From positions 2,720,001 to 2,784,000 of the forward strand of contig CAVUDP010000002.1 of the NCBI GenBank assembly GCA_963740315.1: a stretch of 64,000 bases of DNA, in the 5' to 3' direction. This document shows positions 1-10,173 of this stretch, one piece after another. The DNA is from an uncultured cyanobacterium. GTDB taxonomy: Bacteria; Cyanobacteriota; Cyanobacteriia; Cyanobacteriales; Nostocaceae. The translations under genes and the position numbers were made by a program. The notes under the pieces are model-generated. The model saw nothing but the letters and a program-made list of their open reading frames with translations. It did not search any database and was not told the origin of the DNA. Every line of letters starts with the position of its first letter. Positions within the stretch are counted from its first letter, which is position 1.

Positions 1-297
1 GGGGTATCTAGTCGCTTAAGTGTAGTTTTAGCTTATGCAATTTTAGGCACTTTACTTGCAGCTTGGTGGTGGACTGGATTTTTAGCTGTGGCTGCGGTAC
101 TGAGTTTAATAATGCTGCGGCTAAATTTCGCCGTTTACCGTTTCTTTTATGCCAAACGCGGTTTAGGTTTTGCGTTGCGCGTCATTCCTTGGCATTGGTT
201 TTATTACATCTATGGCGGTTTCGCTTTTGCTGTGGGCACAACCAACTATTTATGGCGTGAGTGGTTCTTACCAAAATTAGATATGTCCACTGCTTGA
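1..297 (+). CDS. 3' end of a membrane-anchored protein, probably a family 2 glycosyltransferase (partial, runs off the window start)
   Basis: Frame 1 is open from base 1 to TGA at 295-297. Hydrophobic C-terminus ...YRFFYAKRGLGFALRVIPWHWFYYIYGG resembles GT2 tails, and it heads a GT cluster. Confidence 0.55.
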   Translation, partial: GVSSRLSVVLAYAILGTLLAAWWWTGFLAVAAVLSLIMLRLNFAVYRFFYAKRGLGFALRVIPWHWFYYIYGGFAFAVGTTNYLWREWFLPKLDMSTA

Positions 298-337
298 GAT
301 TTATCGTACATAAAACAATACACCCATATTTGAAATC

Positions 338-1804
338 ATGAAAAATAATCGAGTTATCGTAATCGGAGCGGGACCAGCAGGGCTTACCGCAGCCTATCAT
401 CTAGTCAAGCATGGCATTAAGCCTATAGTCTTGGAACAATCAGACAAAGTAGGTGGAATCTCTCGGACAGAAAAGTATAAAGGCTATCACTTCGATATCG
501 GCGGTCATCGCTTTTTTACTAAAGTTCAAGAAGTGCAAGACCTTTGGTATGAGGTTCTTGAAGATGATTTCATCAAGACTCCGCGTATGTCGCGTATCTA
601 CTATCAAGGCAAATTTTTTCAGTATCCTTTGAGTGCTTTTGATACTCTTCAGAAGTTGGGAATTTTTGAAAGTTTTATGATTATGTGGTCCTACCTGCAA
701 GCAAAGCGTCAACCGCTTCCCGTGGAAGATAATTTAGAACAGTGGGTAATAAATCGATTCGGGGAAAGACTTTATAAAACATTTTTTAAAACTTATACCG
801 AGAAAGTGTGGGGTATTCCCTGCGATCGGATTCAAGCTGAATGGGCAGCCCAGCGCATCAAAGGTCTGTCAGTAAAAACTGCGGTATTGAATGCCTTGAT
901 TGGTAAAAATGACACAAAAACTTTAATAAAAGAATTCGATTACCCCAGATTAGGACCGGGGATGATGTGGGAACGCTTTGCCGAGAAGATAGAAGCGGCT
1001 GGTGGTGAAGTGCATATGAATACGAAAGTACTGGGTTTGGAGCGCGAAAACCAGCGCATAACTAAAGTTATTGCCGAGCGGGATAATAATCTAATTCAAT
1101 TTGAGGCGGATAATTTTATCTCTAGTATGCCTCTGAATAAGTTGGTTCAGAAAATGGACCCAGCACTACCGACGGAAGTAGTACAAGCTGCAAATGGTCT
1201 GAAATATCGCGATTTTCTGATCGTGTCGTTGATTGTAGATGCACCAGACTTATTCCCAGATAACTGGATTTATATTCACTCTCCAGACGTAAAAGTAGGG
1301 CGGATTCAGAACTTCAAGAATTGGAGCGCCGAAATGGTTCCCGACTCTAGTAAGACTTGCTTAGGTATGGAATATTTTAGTAATATTGGCGACTCTTTGT
1401 GGTCAATGTCAGACGCAGAATTAATTGAGTTAGCAAAACAAGAATTAGCAACTTTAGGATTAGCTAATGGTGCGACTGTAGAAGACGGAGTTGTAATTCG
1501 CCAACCAAAAGCCTATCCAGTTTACGATCGCGATTATCGCCAGCATTTAGATGTGATTCAAAATTACGTACAAGGTTTTGAAAATCTGCAAACTACTGGT
1601 CGTAATGGAATGCATCGTTATAATAACCAAGACCACTCGATGCTTACAGCATTATTAGCAGCCAAAAATCTATTAGGAGAGAAACACGATTTGTGGAACG
1701 TCAACGTCGAGCGTTCCTATCATGAAAACTTTACAAAAGAAGAATGGCAAAAAATCTCTTCATCTGAAGATGATAACGATGTAACTGCTCTAGCTTCAAA
1801 ATAG
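338..1804 (+). CDS. FAD/NAD(P)-dependent oxidoreductase (HemY/UDP-galactopyranose mutase-like family found in polysaccharide clusters)
   Basis: GAGPAG dinucleotide-binding motif, DIGGHRFF, and C-terminal GRNGMHRYNNQDHSM. Confidence 0.8.
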   Translation: MKNNRVIVIGAGPAGLTAAYHLVKHGIKPIVLEQSDKVGGISRTEKYKGYHFDIGGHRFFTKVQEVQDLWYEVLEDDFIKTPRMSRIYYQGKFFQYPLSAFDTLQKLGIFESFMIMWSYLQAKRQPLPVEDNLEQWVINRFGERLYKTFFKTYTEKVWGIPCDRIQAEWAAQRIKGLSVKTAVLNALIGKNDTKTLIKEFDYPRLGPGMMWERFAEKIEAAGGEVHMNTKVLGLERENQRITKVIAERDNNLIQFEADNFISSMPLNKLVQKMDPALPTEVVQAANGLKYRDFLIVSLIVDAPDLFPDNWIYIHSPDVKVGRIQNFKNWSAEMVPDSSKTCLGMEYFSNIGDSLWSMSDAELIELAKQELATLGLANGATVEDGVVIRQPKAYPVYDRDYRQHLDVIQNYVQGFENLQTTGRNGMHRYNNQDHSMLTALLAAKNLLGEKHDLWNVNVERSYHENFTKEEWQKISSSEDDNDVTALASK

Positions 1805-1894
1805 TAAATAACAGTGGCTTGGTGTGAATAAACGTAAGCTTTATTTACATCAACGTGCTTAGAACACCTTTAGTTTTATAAATTCAACTAGCTT

Positions 1895-2941
1895 ATGAGC
1901 GAACCTCAAGTAACAATTATTGTTTCACCTCGCGAACGCTTTAGCTACACTCGCGAGTCGTTAGAAAGTATTTACGAAAATACTCAGATTCCATTTAAAT
2001 TAGTATATGTAGACGGTAATTCTCCGAAGAAGATACGCGAATATTTGCAAAATCAAGCCCAGGAAAAAGGTTTTAAGCTGATTCGCACCGATTATTACTT
2101 AACTCCCAACCGCGCTAGAAACATTGGTTTGGCTGGAGTTGATACTAAATATGTCGTCTTTGTAGATAACGATATTATTCCTGCTTCCGGATGGCTGCAA
2201 GCTTTGATAGACTGTTCCGAAGAGACGGAAGCTACGGTGGTTGGACCGTTAATGTTTCAATATTTGCCATTACATGAAGAAATCCACTTTGCAGGTGGAG
2301 AATCGCGGGTAGTCGTTGATGCCAAAGGTAGACGGCGATTGCGTGAGAAAATGTACAAACAAGGCAAGAAAATTTCCGATCCGCGAGTAAAATTACAGCG
2401 CACAGAAACCGAACTATGCGAGTTCCACTGTATGTTAGTTCGCATGGATACCTTCAAACAGTTGGGCGGCAGGTTCGACGAACAGATGTTGAATTCAAAA
2501 GAACATCTCGACTTTTGTATGAACGTTATCAAAAATGGAGGTAGCGTTTATTTTGAACCTGCAAGTCTTGTTACCTACGTTCCGACATCACCTTTAAAAT
2601 TTAGCGACATACCCTACTATATGTTGCGTTGGAGCGATGCTTGGGAAATGCAAAGCTTGTCAACGTTGCGTAAAAAATGGAATCTAGCTGAAGACGGATA
2701 TTTTAAGCATAAATATAAAGCCTTGGGTTGGAGACGTAGAGAGACAATCCTCAAGCCGATAATTCGCTTTTTAACTTTGGGTATCCAGAATCAGTTTGTG
2801 GAAAAAGTCTTGATGTACGGCTTATTGGCACCTGTAGAAAAGTTACTAAACCAGTATCTTACGGGTGTTTATGCTAAAAAACATCTTCAGCCTCAAACAA
2901 CTGCGAATATAACTCCACAACAAACATTATCTGAAGTCTGA
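1895..2941 (+). CDS. Glycosyltransferase family 2
   Basis: VYVDGNS, ARNIG and FVDND (DxD) GT-A motifs. Confidence 0.85.
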   Translation: MSEPQVTIIVSPRERFSYTRESLESIYENTQIPFKLVYVDGNSPKKIREYLQNQAQEKGFKLIRTDYYLTPNRARNIGLAGVDTKYVVFVDNDIIPASGWLQALIDCSEETEATVVGPLMFQYLPLHEEIHFAGGESRVVVDAKGRRRLREKMYKQGKKISDPRVKLQRTETELCEFHCMLVRMDTFKQLGGRFDEQMLNSKEHLDFCMNVIKNGGSVYFEPASLVTYVPTSPLKFSDIPYYMLRWSDAWEMQSLSTLRKKWNLAEDGYFKHKYKALGWRRRETILKPIIRFLTLGIQNQFVEKVLMYGLLAPVEKLLNQYLTGVYAKKHLQPQTTANITPQQTLSEV

Positions 2942-2957
2942 AGGGATATGCGCGATC

Positions 2958-4136
2958 GTGAAGATTCTTCTGCTCAACGATGTAGGTACCGCTACTGGCG
3001 GTGCCGAGACTCAAATGCTTTCTCTGCGCGATAACTTACGCTCGTTATCTCATGATGTGCGGTTGTTTTCAAGCGAAGCTAAACCAGTAGCTGATAGCCC
3101 TTTGCTTTCTGAATATAGTTGCTTTGGTACAAATTCACTGTTTCAAGTGGTTTCGCAAACTGCGAATGTTTCAGCTTATGTTAATTTGCGCCGCGCCTTG
3201 GATGAGTTTCAACCGGATGTAGTTCACGTGCGGATGTTTATGTGGCAACTTTCACCATTGATTCTGCCACTACTTAAAAATGTGCCGTGTTTATATCAAA
3301 CAGCAGTATATAAAGCAATTTGTCCTAGAGGAACTAAATTACTTCCCGATGGTAGCCCTTGCAAATATAAGGCAGGTAAAGCTTGCTTGCGTCATGGTTG
3401 TCTGACACCTCAATCTTGGGCGGTGTTTATGGTGCAGCGACAGATGTGGTTGCAGTGGCGACACTCTTTTAATACTGTAGTGGCGTTAAGTCATGCAATG
3501 AAAGCCAATTTAGAAGCAGAAGGTATTACACCAGTAAAAGTAGTTCACAATGGTGTACCTGAACGCGAATTACGTCCACCTCTTAACGAACCACCCACAG
3601 TTGCTTTTGCTGGAAGATTGGTTCTAGAAAAGGGAATTGACGTTTTAATAGAGGCATTTGCACGGGTAAAGGTACAATTACCAGAAGCTCAATTAATTAT
3701 TGCAGGTCAAGGAGTTGAAGCACAGAATTTAAAAAGTTTAGCTGAAAAATTAGAAGTAGATAAGAGCGTTAAATGGTTGGGACACATACCCCGTCCAGAA
3801 TTAGAGCAACACTTCGATGCGGCTTGGGTACAGGTAGTACCTTCACTATGGGCGGAACCTTTTGGCAACGTCACCACCGAAGCGATGATGCGGGGTACGG
3901 CGGTAATTGCCAGTGCTACGGGCGCACAACCAGAAATTGTTCGCGATCGCCAAACGGGTTTTTTAGTGCCGCCGGGAGATGTTGCAGCCCTTGCTGATGC
4001 TTTATTAAAGTTACTTAGTAACCGCAAATTAGCAGAAGAAATGGGACAAGCAGGGCGAAAAAGAGCAATTGAAGAGTTTAGCGAAGAAAGGCGCACGCAA
4101 GGTTTTTTAGATATCTATCAAGAGATTTGTTCTTAG
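2958..4136 (+). CDS. Glycosyltransferase family 4 (GT-B)
   Basis: FAGRLVLEKG and PSLWAEPFGNVTTEAM (EX7E) motifs; GTG start. Confidence 0.9.
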   Translation: MKILLLNDVGTATGGAETQMLSLRDNLRSLSHDVRLFSSEAKPVADSPLLSEYSCFGTNSLFQVVSQTANVSAYVNLRRALDEFQPDVVHVRMFMWQLSPLILPLLKNVPCLYQTAVYKAICPRGTKLLPDGSPCKYKAGKACLRHGCLTPQSWAVFMVQRQMWLQWRHSFNTVVALSHAMKANLEAEGITPVKVVHNGVPERELRPPLNEPPTVAFAGRLVLEKGIDVLIEAFARVKVQLPEAQLIIAGQGVEAQNLKSLAEKLEVDKSVKWLGHIPRPELEQHFDAAWVQVVPSLWAEPFGNVTTEAMMRGTAVIASATGAQPEIVRDRQTGFLVPPGDVAALADALLKLLSNRKLAEEMGQAGRKRAIEEFSEERRTQGFLDIYQEICS

Positions 4137-4186
4137 TTTTAAAGAAAAAATAAAAAATAAAAAATAAAAAATAAAACATAAAATAA

Positions 4187-5185
4187 ATGACAATTTTACA
4201 AGCAGGTGTGCCAAAAAGCGGTAACTATTGGCTATATACTATTCTTAAAAATATCGCGAAAAAAGCAGGTTTAGAACATAAAAGCTTCGTGCAAACTCAT
4301 CCGATTCATAAAGTTGCTCAAACTTGGGATTTAAGCTTTGCCGGACAGTCTGACATGGATTTTCTCAATATTAGGGAAAAGCATTGTGAATTTCGCATTA
4401 GTGCTGTCTTTGAAGAACAAATTGCAGATATTGAAGATTACATTCATAAATCCAGTCTTGTTTGGACTCATTCTCCGATAAATCCCTACGCTTTGGAAGT
4501 TCTACCCAAATTTAATAAACTTATTTATATCATTCGCGATCCGCGAGATGTAGCGATTTCTTATTCTAAATATTGCTTTACCGCTCATAAATTAAAAAAT
4601 CATCCCCCCCATTACGAAACAAATCCAGAATGTTATTTAAAAAATCGTCTCGATCCGATGCTGAGAAACTGGGTTAAGCACGTTGGCGGCTATTTGAAAT
4701 ACAAAGATCGACTAAATATTTATCCAGTATTTTACGAACGATTTCTACATTCTTTTGATTCAGAATTAATCGGCTTAGTAAAATATTTGGATATTGAATT
4801 AGACCAAAAAAGTTTAAATCAAATCAAGTTAGATGTCAGCTTTGACAGCATGAAAAAACAAAGCCCCAAACATTTACGCAAAGGAAAATCCGCTCAATGG
4901 CGACAAGTATTCACATCTGCTCAAAAAGCAAAAGCAGAGCAAATCGCAGGTGAAATGATGGCGTTACTAAATTATCCGGTATCGTCAGTTGAAGAAAGCT
5001 TACCTTGCGTACCTTTAAATTTAAGTCAAAGTCAACTTGAAACTGCCATTGCCCCAGCAGATATAAACTTTAGCGATCGCGTCAAACAAATATACAACTT
5101 TATAGCTAGTGAAAGAACATTGAATGCTAAAGCTAACTTGCTCAAATCGTCTGCTAAAAAGGTAAAGCAATTAATAAAAGCATAA
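4187..5185 (+). CDS. PAPS-dependent sulfotransferase domain protein
   Basis: 5'-PSB loop GVPKSGNYW, 3'-PB motif IIRDPRDVAIS, and C-terminal RKG..W. Confidence 0.85.
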   Translation: MTILQAGVPKSGNYWLYTILKNIAKKAGLEHKSFVQTHPIHKVAQTWDLSFAGQSDMDFLNIREKHCEFRISAVFEEQIADIEDYIHKSSLVWTHSPINPYALEVLPKFNKLIYIIRDPRDVAISYSKYCFTAHKLKNHPPHYETNPECYLKNRLDPMLRNWVKHVGGYLKYKDRLNIYPVFYERFLHSFDSELIGLVKYLDIELDQKSLNQIKLDVSFDSMKKQSPKHLRKGKSAQWRQVFTSAQKAKAEQIAGEMMALLNYPVSSVEESLPCVPLNLSQSQLETAIAPADINFSDRVKQIYNFIASERTLNAKANLLKSSAKKVKQLIKA

Positions 5186-5212
5186 AATATCCGCTGCGGA
5201 GGGATTTTAATC

Positions 5213-6721
5213 TTGAAATTTAATCGTCATTTAAACACCGATACCCTCCGTTCCGATCTCAAACGGCGATCGCTTTTGTCTGGTTTAATTAGCTTTGCGG
5301 CTCAACCGATCAAACTTGGTGTAGGGATTGGTTCCACAGCAATACTAGCTAGAATTTTAACACCAGCCGACTTTGGTTTGGTGGCGATGGTAATGCCTTT
5401 GCTCTCCTTTGCCGACAGTTTGAGTAATTTCGGTTTAGAAACAGCTACCGTACAAAGGGAAGAAATCGATAACGAACAACTGAGCGCGAATTTCTGGCTG
5501 TCGCTGAAAGTTAACGCCGTGGTTGTAGGGTTAATGCTGATCCTGGCTCCGATTCTGGCTCGGTTTTATGGGCAAAACGAGTTAATCGGAATTGCCATAG
5601 CAATGACATTCGGTTTTAGTTTGGTTTGTTTAACATTCGTGCATAAGTCACTGTTAAAGCGACAGATGCGTTTTGGCGTACTGACAATAATTGAAGTTGT
5701 TTCGCTGGTTGTGGCGGCTGCTTGTGCGATCGGTGCCGCATCGCAGGGTTGGGGCTATTGGGCGTTGGTATTGCAACTCGTCGTCATGCAGTTGATACAA
5801 AGCATTGCCTATTTAATTATCTGTCCTTGGCGACCGGAAAAATATACTAAAACCGAGAAAAACGATGCCAATTTACAGGCAATGTTTTCTTATGGAGCGC
5901 ACCTGACGGGTTTTCGATTTCTGATGCGTATTGGTATGCAATTAGACCGCATATTGGTTGGCTACTTAAGTGGAGCTACAGCGCTCGGACTTTACCAAAT
6001 TGCTTATAAGTGGGCTTATTTTTCCTTTGAACAAGCTTACTTTCCCTTATTTGACGTAGCGGTGTCCAGCTTCAGCCGCACGCTACACGACACAAATCTA
6101 TACCGTAGCTACTGCCGTAAAGGATTGATGCTACTGTTTGCATTATGTATGCCAGCGCTAGCATTTTCGTTTGTTGAAGCCCGAAACGTGCTGCTATTGT
6201 TACTAGGTAATCAATGGTTGGAAGCGGTTCCATTATTTAGAGTGTTGAGTATATCGGTATTTGTCGGTAGTATGTACCGAGTTACCAAATGGCTTTATGT
6301 ATCGGCAGGACAAACTCAGCAGCAGTTTCGCTGGGCGCTGATCCATACACCGATTGTAATTACTGCCGTCGCGATCGGTTCGCAATGGGGCGCTATTGGT
6401 GTTGCAGCAGGTTACACTATTGCGATTTGTTTACTGACTTATCCATCAGTAGCTTTTTGTTTGAAAACATCGCCATTGACTGGAAAAGATTTTTTCGCCG
6501 CTGTCAGTTGTCCGGCTTTTTCCTCAATTATTGCAGCAATTTTCCTATATTTGTGTAAACAAACATTGCCTAATTTTGATAACTTAATTATTAGTTTATC
6601 GATTAACTTTACTATTTATTGTCTTACCTATATTTTATTATGGTTAGTGCTTCCTGAAGGCAGAAAAGCTATAGCAGAAAACTTACAAAGCGTCAAACAA
6701 CTGCGTAAAAAATCTGATTAA
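5213..6721 (+). CDS. Wzx/PST-family polysaccharide flippase
   Basis: LARILTPADFGLVAM, D.ILVG...GATALGLY and many hydrophobic segments; TTG start. Confidence 0.85.
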   Translation: MKFNRHLNTDTLRSDLKRRSLLSGLISFAAQPIKLGVGIGSTAILARILTPADFGLVAMVMPLLSFADSLSNFGLETATVQREEIDNEQLSANFWLSLKVNAVVVGLMLILAPILARFYGQNELIGIAIAMTFGFSLVCLTFVHKSLLKRQMRFGVLTIIEVVSLVVAAACAIGAASQGWGYWALVLQLVVMQLIQSIAYLIICPWRPEKYTKTEKNDANLQAMFSYGAHLTGFRFLMRIGMQLDRILVGYLSGATALGLYQIAYKWAYFSFEQAYFPLFDVAVSSFSRTLHDTNLYRSYCRKGLMLLFALCMPALAFSFVEARNVLLLLLGNQWLEAVPLFRVLSISVFVGSMYRVTKWLYVSAGQTQQQFRWALIHTPIVITAVAIGSQWGAIGVAAGYTIAICLLTYPSVAFCLKTSPLTGKDFFAAVSCPAFSSIIAAIFLYLCKQTLPNFDNLIISLSINFTIYCLTYILLWLVLPEGRKAIAENLQSVKQLRKKSD

Positions 6722-6735
6722 TTTTGGAAAAAAAC

Positions 6736-7647
6736 ATGAGCAACCCGGATAAATCAAAATTCATTTCAATTATTATTCCAACTTATAATCGTCCCAAGCA
6801 ATTGGCAACTTGTTTGGAATCCTTAACCAAGTTAGACTATCCCCGCGATAGTTTTGAAGTAATAGTAGTAGACGACGGCAGCAAAACGGAACTCGAACCT
6901 GTAGTAAGTCCGTTTAGCAGCAAACTTGATATTAGCTTACTTAGGCAAACGAATAATGGAGCAGCCAGCGCCCGCAACACCGGCGCAAAGCAAGCCAAAG
7001 GTGCGTTTCTTGCCTTCACAGATGATGACTGTATGCCCGCTGCTGATTGGCTTAAAAGCCTTGCCGCTCGTTTTGATAGTGCGCCAGATTGCTTAATTGG
7101 GGGGCGAACGATTAACATACTCTCAGATAATCTTTTTTCGAGTGCTTCCCAAGAGCTAATTGATTATGTTTATAAGTATTACAACGCCAATCCCCACAAG
7201 GCTCGCTTTTTTGCTTCCAACAATATAGCTTTGCCTACAGAGACATTTCTTGCGATCGGTGGATTTGATGTCACTTATCCGCGCATGGCATCTGAAGATC
7301 GCGAACTTTGCGATCGCTGGTTACAACTCGGCTATCCGATGCTTTACGCTCCAGAAGTTCAAATTAATCACGCTCATCATTTAACTTTAAAATCGTTCTG
7401 GCAACAGCACTTTTTTTATGGGCGCGGCGCTTTCTGCTTTCATACAATACGCGCTCAACGTGCTGCCGAACCAATTAAAGTTGAGCCTTTATCATTTTAC
7501 ATTAATTTATTTACCTATCCCATGTCGAGTTTCAAGCGCCCTACAGGACTATTAATTTCAGCATTACTATTTGTGTCACAATTAGCAGCGACATTTGGCT
7601 TTTTCTCCGAAAGATTGGCTCAAAAAAATATAACTGTTGCTAACTAG
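6736..7647 (+). CDS. Glycosyltransferase family 2
   Basis: SIIIPTYNR, VVDDGS, ARNTGA, FTDDD and SEDRE motifs. Confidence 0.9.
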   Translation: MSNPDKSKFISIIIPTYNRPKQLATCLESLTKLDYPRDSFEVIVVDDGSKTELEPVVSPFSSKLDISLLRQTNNGAASARNTGAKQAKGAFLAFTDDDCMPAADWLKSLAARFDSAPDCLIGGRTINILSDNLFSSASQELIDYVYKYYNANPHKARFFASNNIALPTETFLAIGGFDVTYPRMASEDRELCDRWLQLGYPMLYAPEVQINHAHHLTLKSFWQQHFFYGRGAFCFHTIRAQRAAEPIKVEPLSFYINLFTYPMSSFKRPTGLLISALLFVSQLAATFGFFSERLAQKNITVAN

Positions 7648-7751
7648 ATGTATAAGATTGCTATCTATACAAAAGCAAAGAACCTATCGAACCAGCAGTT
7701 AATTAAATATATTGTAATAGTTTTGAAATAAACATCGGGGATAAATAAGCG

Positions 7752-9356
7752 ATGGTAACTACTCAGAAAAGCTTTGATAAAAATACCAGCTTTTTATCAA
7801 AATATATTAGCTATGCTAATTGCCTTATATTAATATTCTTCCTTTTAAGCTTTGTTGGCATTCTTAACCATGAAATGTGGCGCGATGAAACTCAAGCATG
7901 GTTAATTGCCAGAGATTCTTCAACGTTAACTGATTTACATCAAAATTTAAAAAACGAAGGACATCCAGGGCTGTGGCATTTATGTTTATTTATAATTACT
8001 AAATTTACTCATAACCCTTTCGCAATGCAGTTTTTTCACATTCTGATTTCTACTGCTATTGTCTATATTTTTGTCAAACTATCGCCTTTTAATATTGTAC
8101 AAAAAACCCTTTTCACTTTTGGCTATTTTCCTTTATTTGAATATAATTTGATTAGTAGAAACTATAATTTAGGTTTATTACTAGTTTTTATATTCTGCTA
8201 TCTATTTACTCGTAAAAACAGAAATTATATAAGTTTATTTTTTACCTTAGCACTTCTGGCAAATACAAATCTTTATTGCTTGATAATTTGTCTGTGCTTA
8301 AGCGCTACTCTAATTATTGATACGATTATAAAACATAAAACAAGTCAATACAAATTAAATCGCAGACAAGTAAAGAATTTAAAAATAGGCTTAGTAATCT
8401 TATTTCTAGGTGTGGGTTTATCAGTTTTTCAATTAATACCAATCGCCATTCAAGATACTGCTAAAGATATACAGGAAAATATAGGAGAAGAAACAACACT
8501 ATCCAAATTTGATTTTATATTAATTCTGTTGAAGCGTTTGGGATATAGTTTGAGAGGAATTTGGTACAGCTACATTCCAATACCGAATTTTTTTGAATAT
8601 CACTTTTGGAGTACAAATATCACATCTATTTCTTTTATACTGAAATTCTTCGCCTCATGTATGTCTTTGTTTTTCTTGTTTTTCACAGCTTTTCTATTTA
8701 TTGATAAACCAATAGTTCTATTTCTGTATTTATCTAGTAATTTCGGAATATTCTTATTTGGTTGGATAAAATTTCAAGGAACTTTAAGACATCATGGTAA
8801 TTTGTTTATCATTTTCTTAGCTTGTATATGGATTAGCAAATTTTTTGATAAATCTGACGATATTCCTCAACGGTTACGGAAGATTGCTCATTTTTGTAAA
8901 CAATATCAGCAAAAAATTATTACCGTTATTCTACTTATTCAGATGTTTGCAGGGTTATATGCTTACAGTATGGATTTGGTTTATCCATTTTCTCAAAGTC
9001 AAGCAGCAGCAAAGTTTATTCAAAAACAAGGTTTGAGTGAAGACTTTATTCTTGGTACAAAAGATAGGATAATATCACCAATTTCTGCTTATATAGATAA
9101 AAAAATATTTTATATAGAATATAATAAGTTAGGCAGTTTCTTTAATCATCCTCAAAAGCAAAATTTAACAAGTCCAGAACTATTAAATAACTTAAATACT
9201 ATTATCAAAGATAATACTAAAAGGAACGTTTTAATATTAAGCTATCCATTAAATATAAACAGTGCTAACTTCAATTTTACTAAACTCGAAGAATTTACAA
9301 ACAGTATTACTGGTGAAGAAAGATATTATATATATCTTGTAGAAAGAAATAACTAA
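7752..9356 (+). CDS. Polytopic membrane protein, probable GT-C superfamily glycosyltransferase/polymerase
   Basis: HEMWRDE and EGHPGLW motifs after the first TM helix, as in GT-C proteins; many TM segments; very AT-rich. Confidence 0.55.
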   Translation: MVTTQKSFDKNTSFLSKYISYANCLILIFFLLSFVGILNHEMWRDETQAWLIARDSSTLTDLHQNLKNEGHPGLWHLCLFIITKFTHNPFAMQFFHILISTAIVYIFVKLSPFNIVQKTLFTFGYFPLFEYNLISRNYNLGLLLVFIFCYLFTRKNRNYISLFFTLALLANTNLYCLIICLCLSATLIIDTIIKHKTSQYKLNRRQVKNLKIGLVILFLGVGLSVFQLIPIAIQDTAKDIQENIGEETTLSKFDFILILLKRLGYSLRGIWYSYIPIPNFFEYHFWSTNITSISFILKFFASCMSLFFLFFTAFLFIDKPIVLFLYLSSNFGIFLFGWIKFQGTLRHHGNLFIIFLACIWISKFFDKSDDIPQRLRKIAHFCKQYQQKIITVILLIQMFAGLYAYSMDLVYPFSQSQAAAKFIQKQGLSEDFILGTKDRIISPISAYIDKKIFYIEYNKLGSFFNHPQKQNLTSPELLNNLNTIIKDNTKRNVLILSYPLNINSANFNFTKLEEFTNSITGEERYYIYLVERNN

Positions 9357-9541
9357 CTTAAACCTTTAAAATTGCAATTATAGAAAAAAACTGTAGCTGT
9401 ACAAAGCTGCACAGCTAATTATACTTCCGGTATATATTTTATTATTACCGAAAATACGATAAATTGAGGATTTTTGTTTTTTGTTTAGATTCAAACAATA
9501 TTTCTATTAATATAGATAAAAACAATATCAATATATCCGAA

Positions 9542-9946
9542 ATGCCTGCTGTTAATTCACAAACCCCGAAAAGCTTTACCTATTCTCATTCCACCCAAAA
9601 ACGAGCATCGATCGCGCTAAGATGTTCTCCTTTTAATTTAAATTTATTTGAACAGATGCTCTGGGAACGTGTAGCAATGAGTGAAATTGCTGGTAGCGAT
9701 GGTGTTAAAAATAACTATACCAAAAGTTCTTTATCTGAATTGGCAGCAGATAACGCTTTAGTATGGTTGATTGAAGTCGGCTTGCTACGGCGCGAAGTTG
9801 ATGGACAAGGAATTACAGATAGTTTCCGGCTAACTCCTTTAGGTCGTCAACTGGTAAAAAGCTTTGAAAACAATGTTTGGGCTGCTCCAACATTTGGCGA
9901 TCGCCTAAAAAATGCATTAACACGTATATTTAGATTACCCTTTTAA
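9542..9946 (+). CDS. Conserved cyanobacterial protein (Npun_F0494-like, winged-helix-like)
   Basis: WLIEVGLLRREVDGQGITDSFRLTPLG motif; ATG 9542 chosen as start. Confidence 0.65.
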   Translation: MPAVNSQTPKSFTYSHSTQKRASIALRCSPFNLNLFEQMLWERVAMSEIAGSDGVKNNYTKSSLSELAADNALVWLIEVGLLRREVDGQGITDSFRLTPLGRQLVKSFENNVWAAPTFGDRLKNALTRIFRLPF

Positions 9947-10173
9947 ATTAATTAGGTGAAGAAAAGTTAGGAGTGAGGTAAAGAGGGGAACAATAAATAG
10001 GTAAGCTTCTACTCCCTTTATGAAGTGCTTATAAATGGGAACATAAACCGCTCGCTAATTAGGGATTAGACGATTGAGGCTGGTGCTATTAATTACCCGG
10101 TCGGCGATCGGCATTTACCCCAAAGCCATCCTTTTACTCAATAAGTCCGATAAAGAAAAAATAATACTTAATT

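Noticed and set aside
9947..10173. Cobalamin riboswitch upstream of cobQ
   Set aside because: Some hairpin potential, but no recognisable B12-box or conserved GGGAA...GCCACTG core
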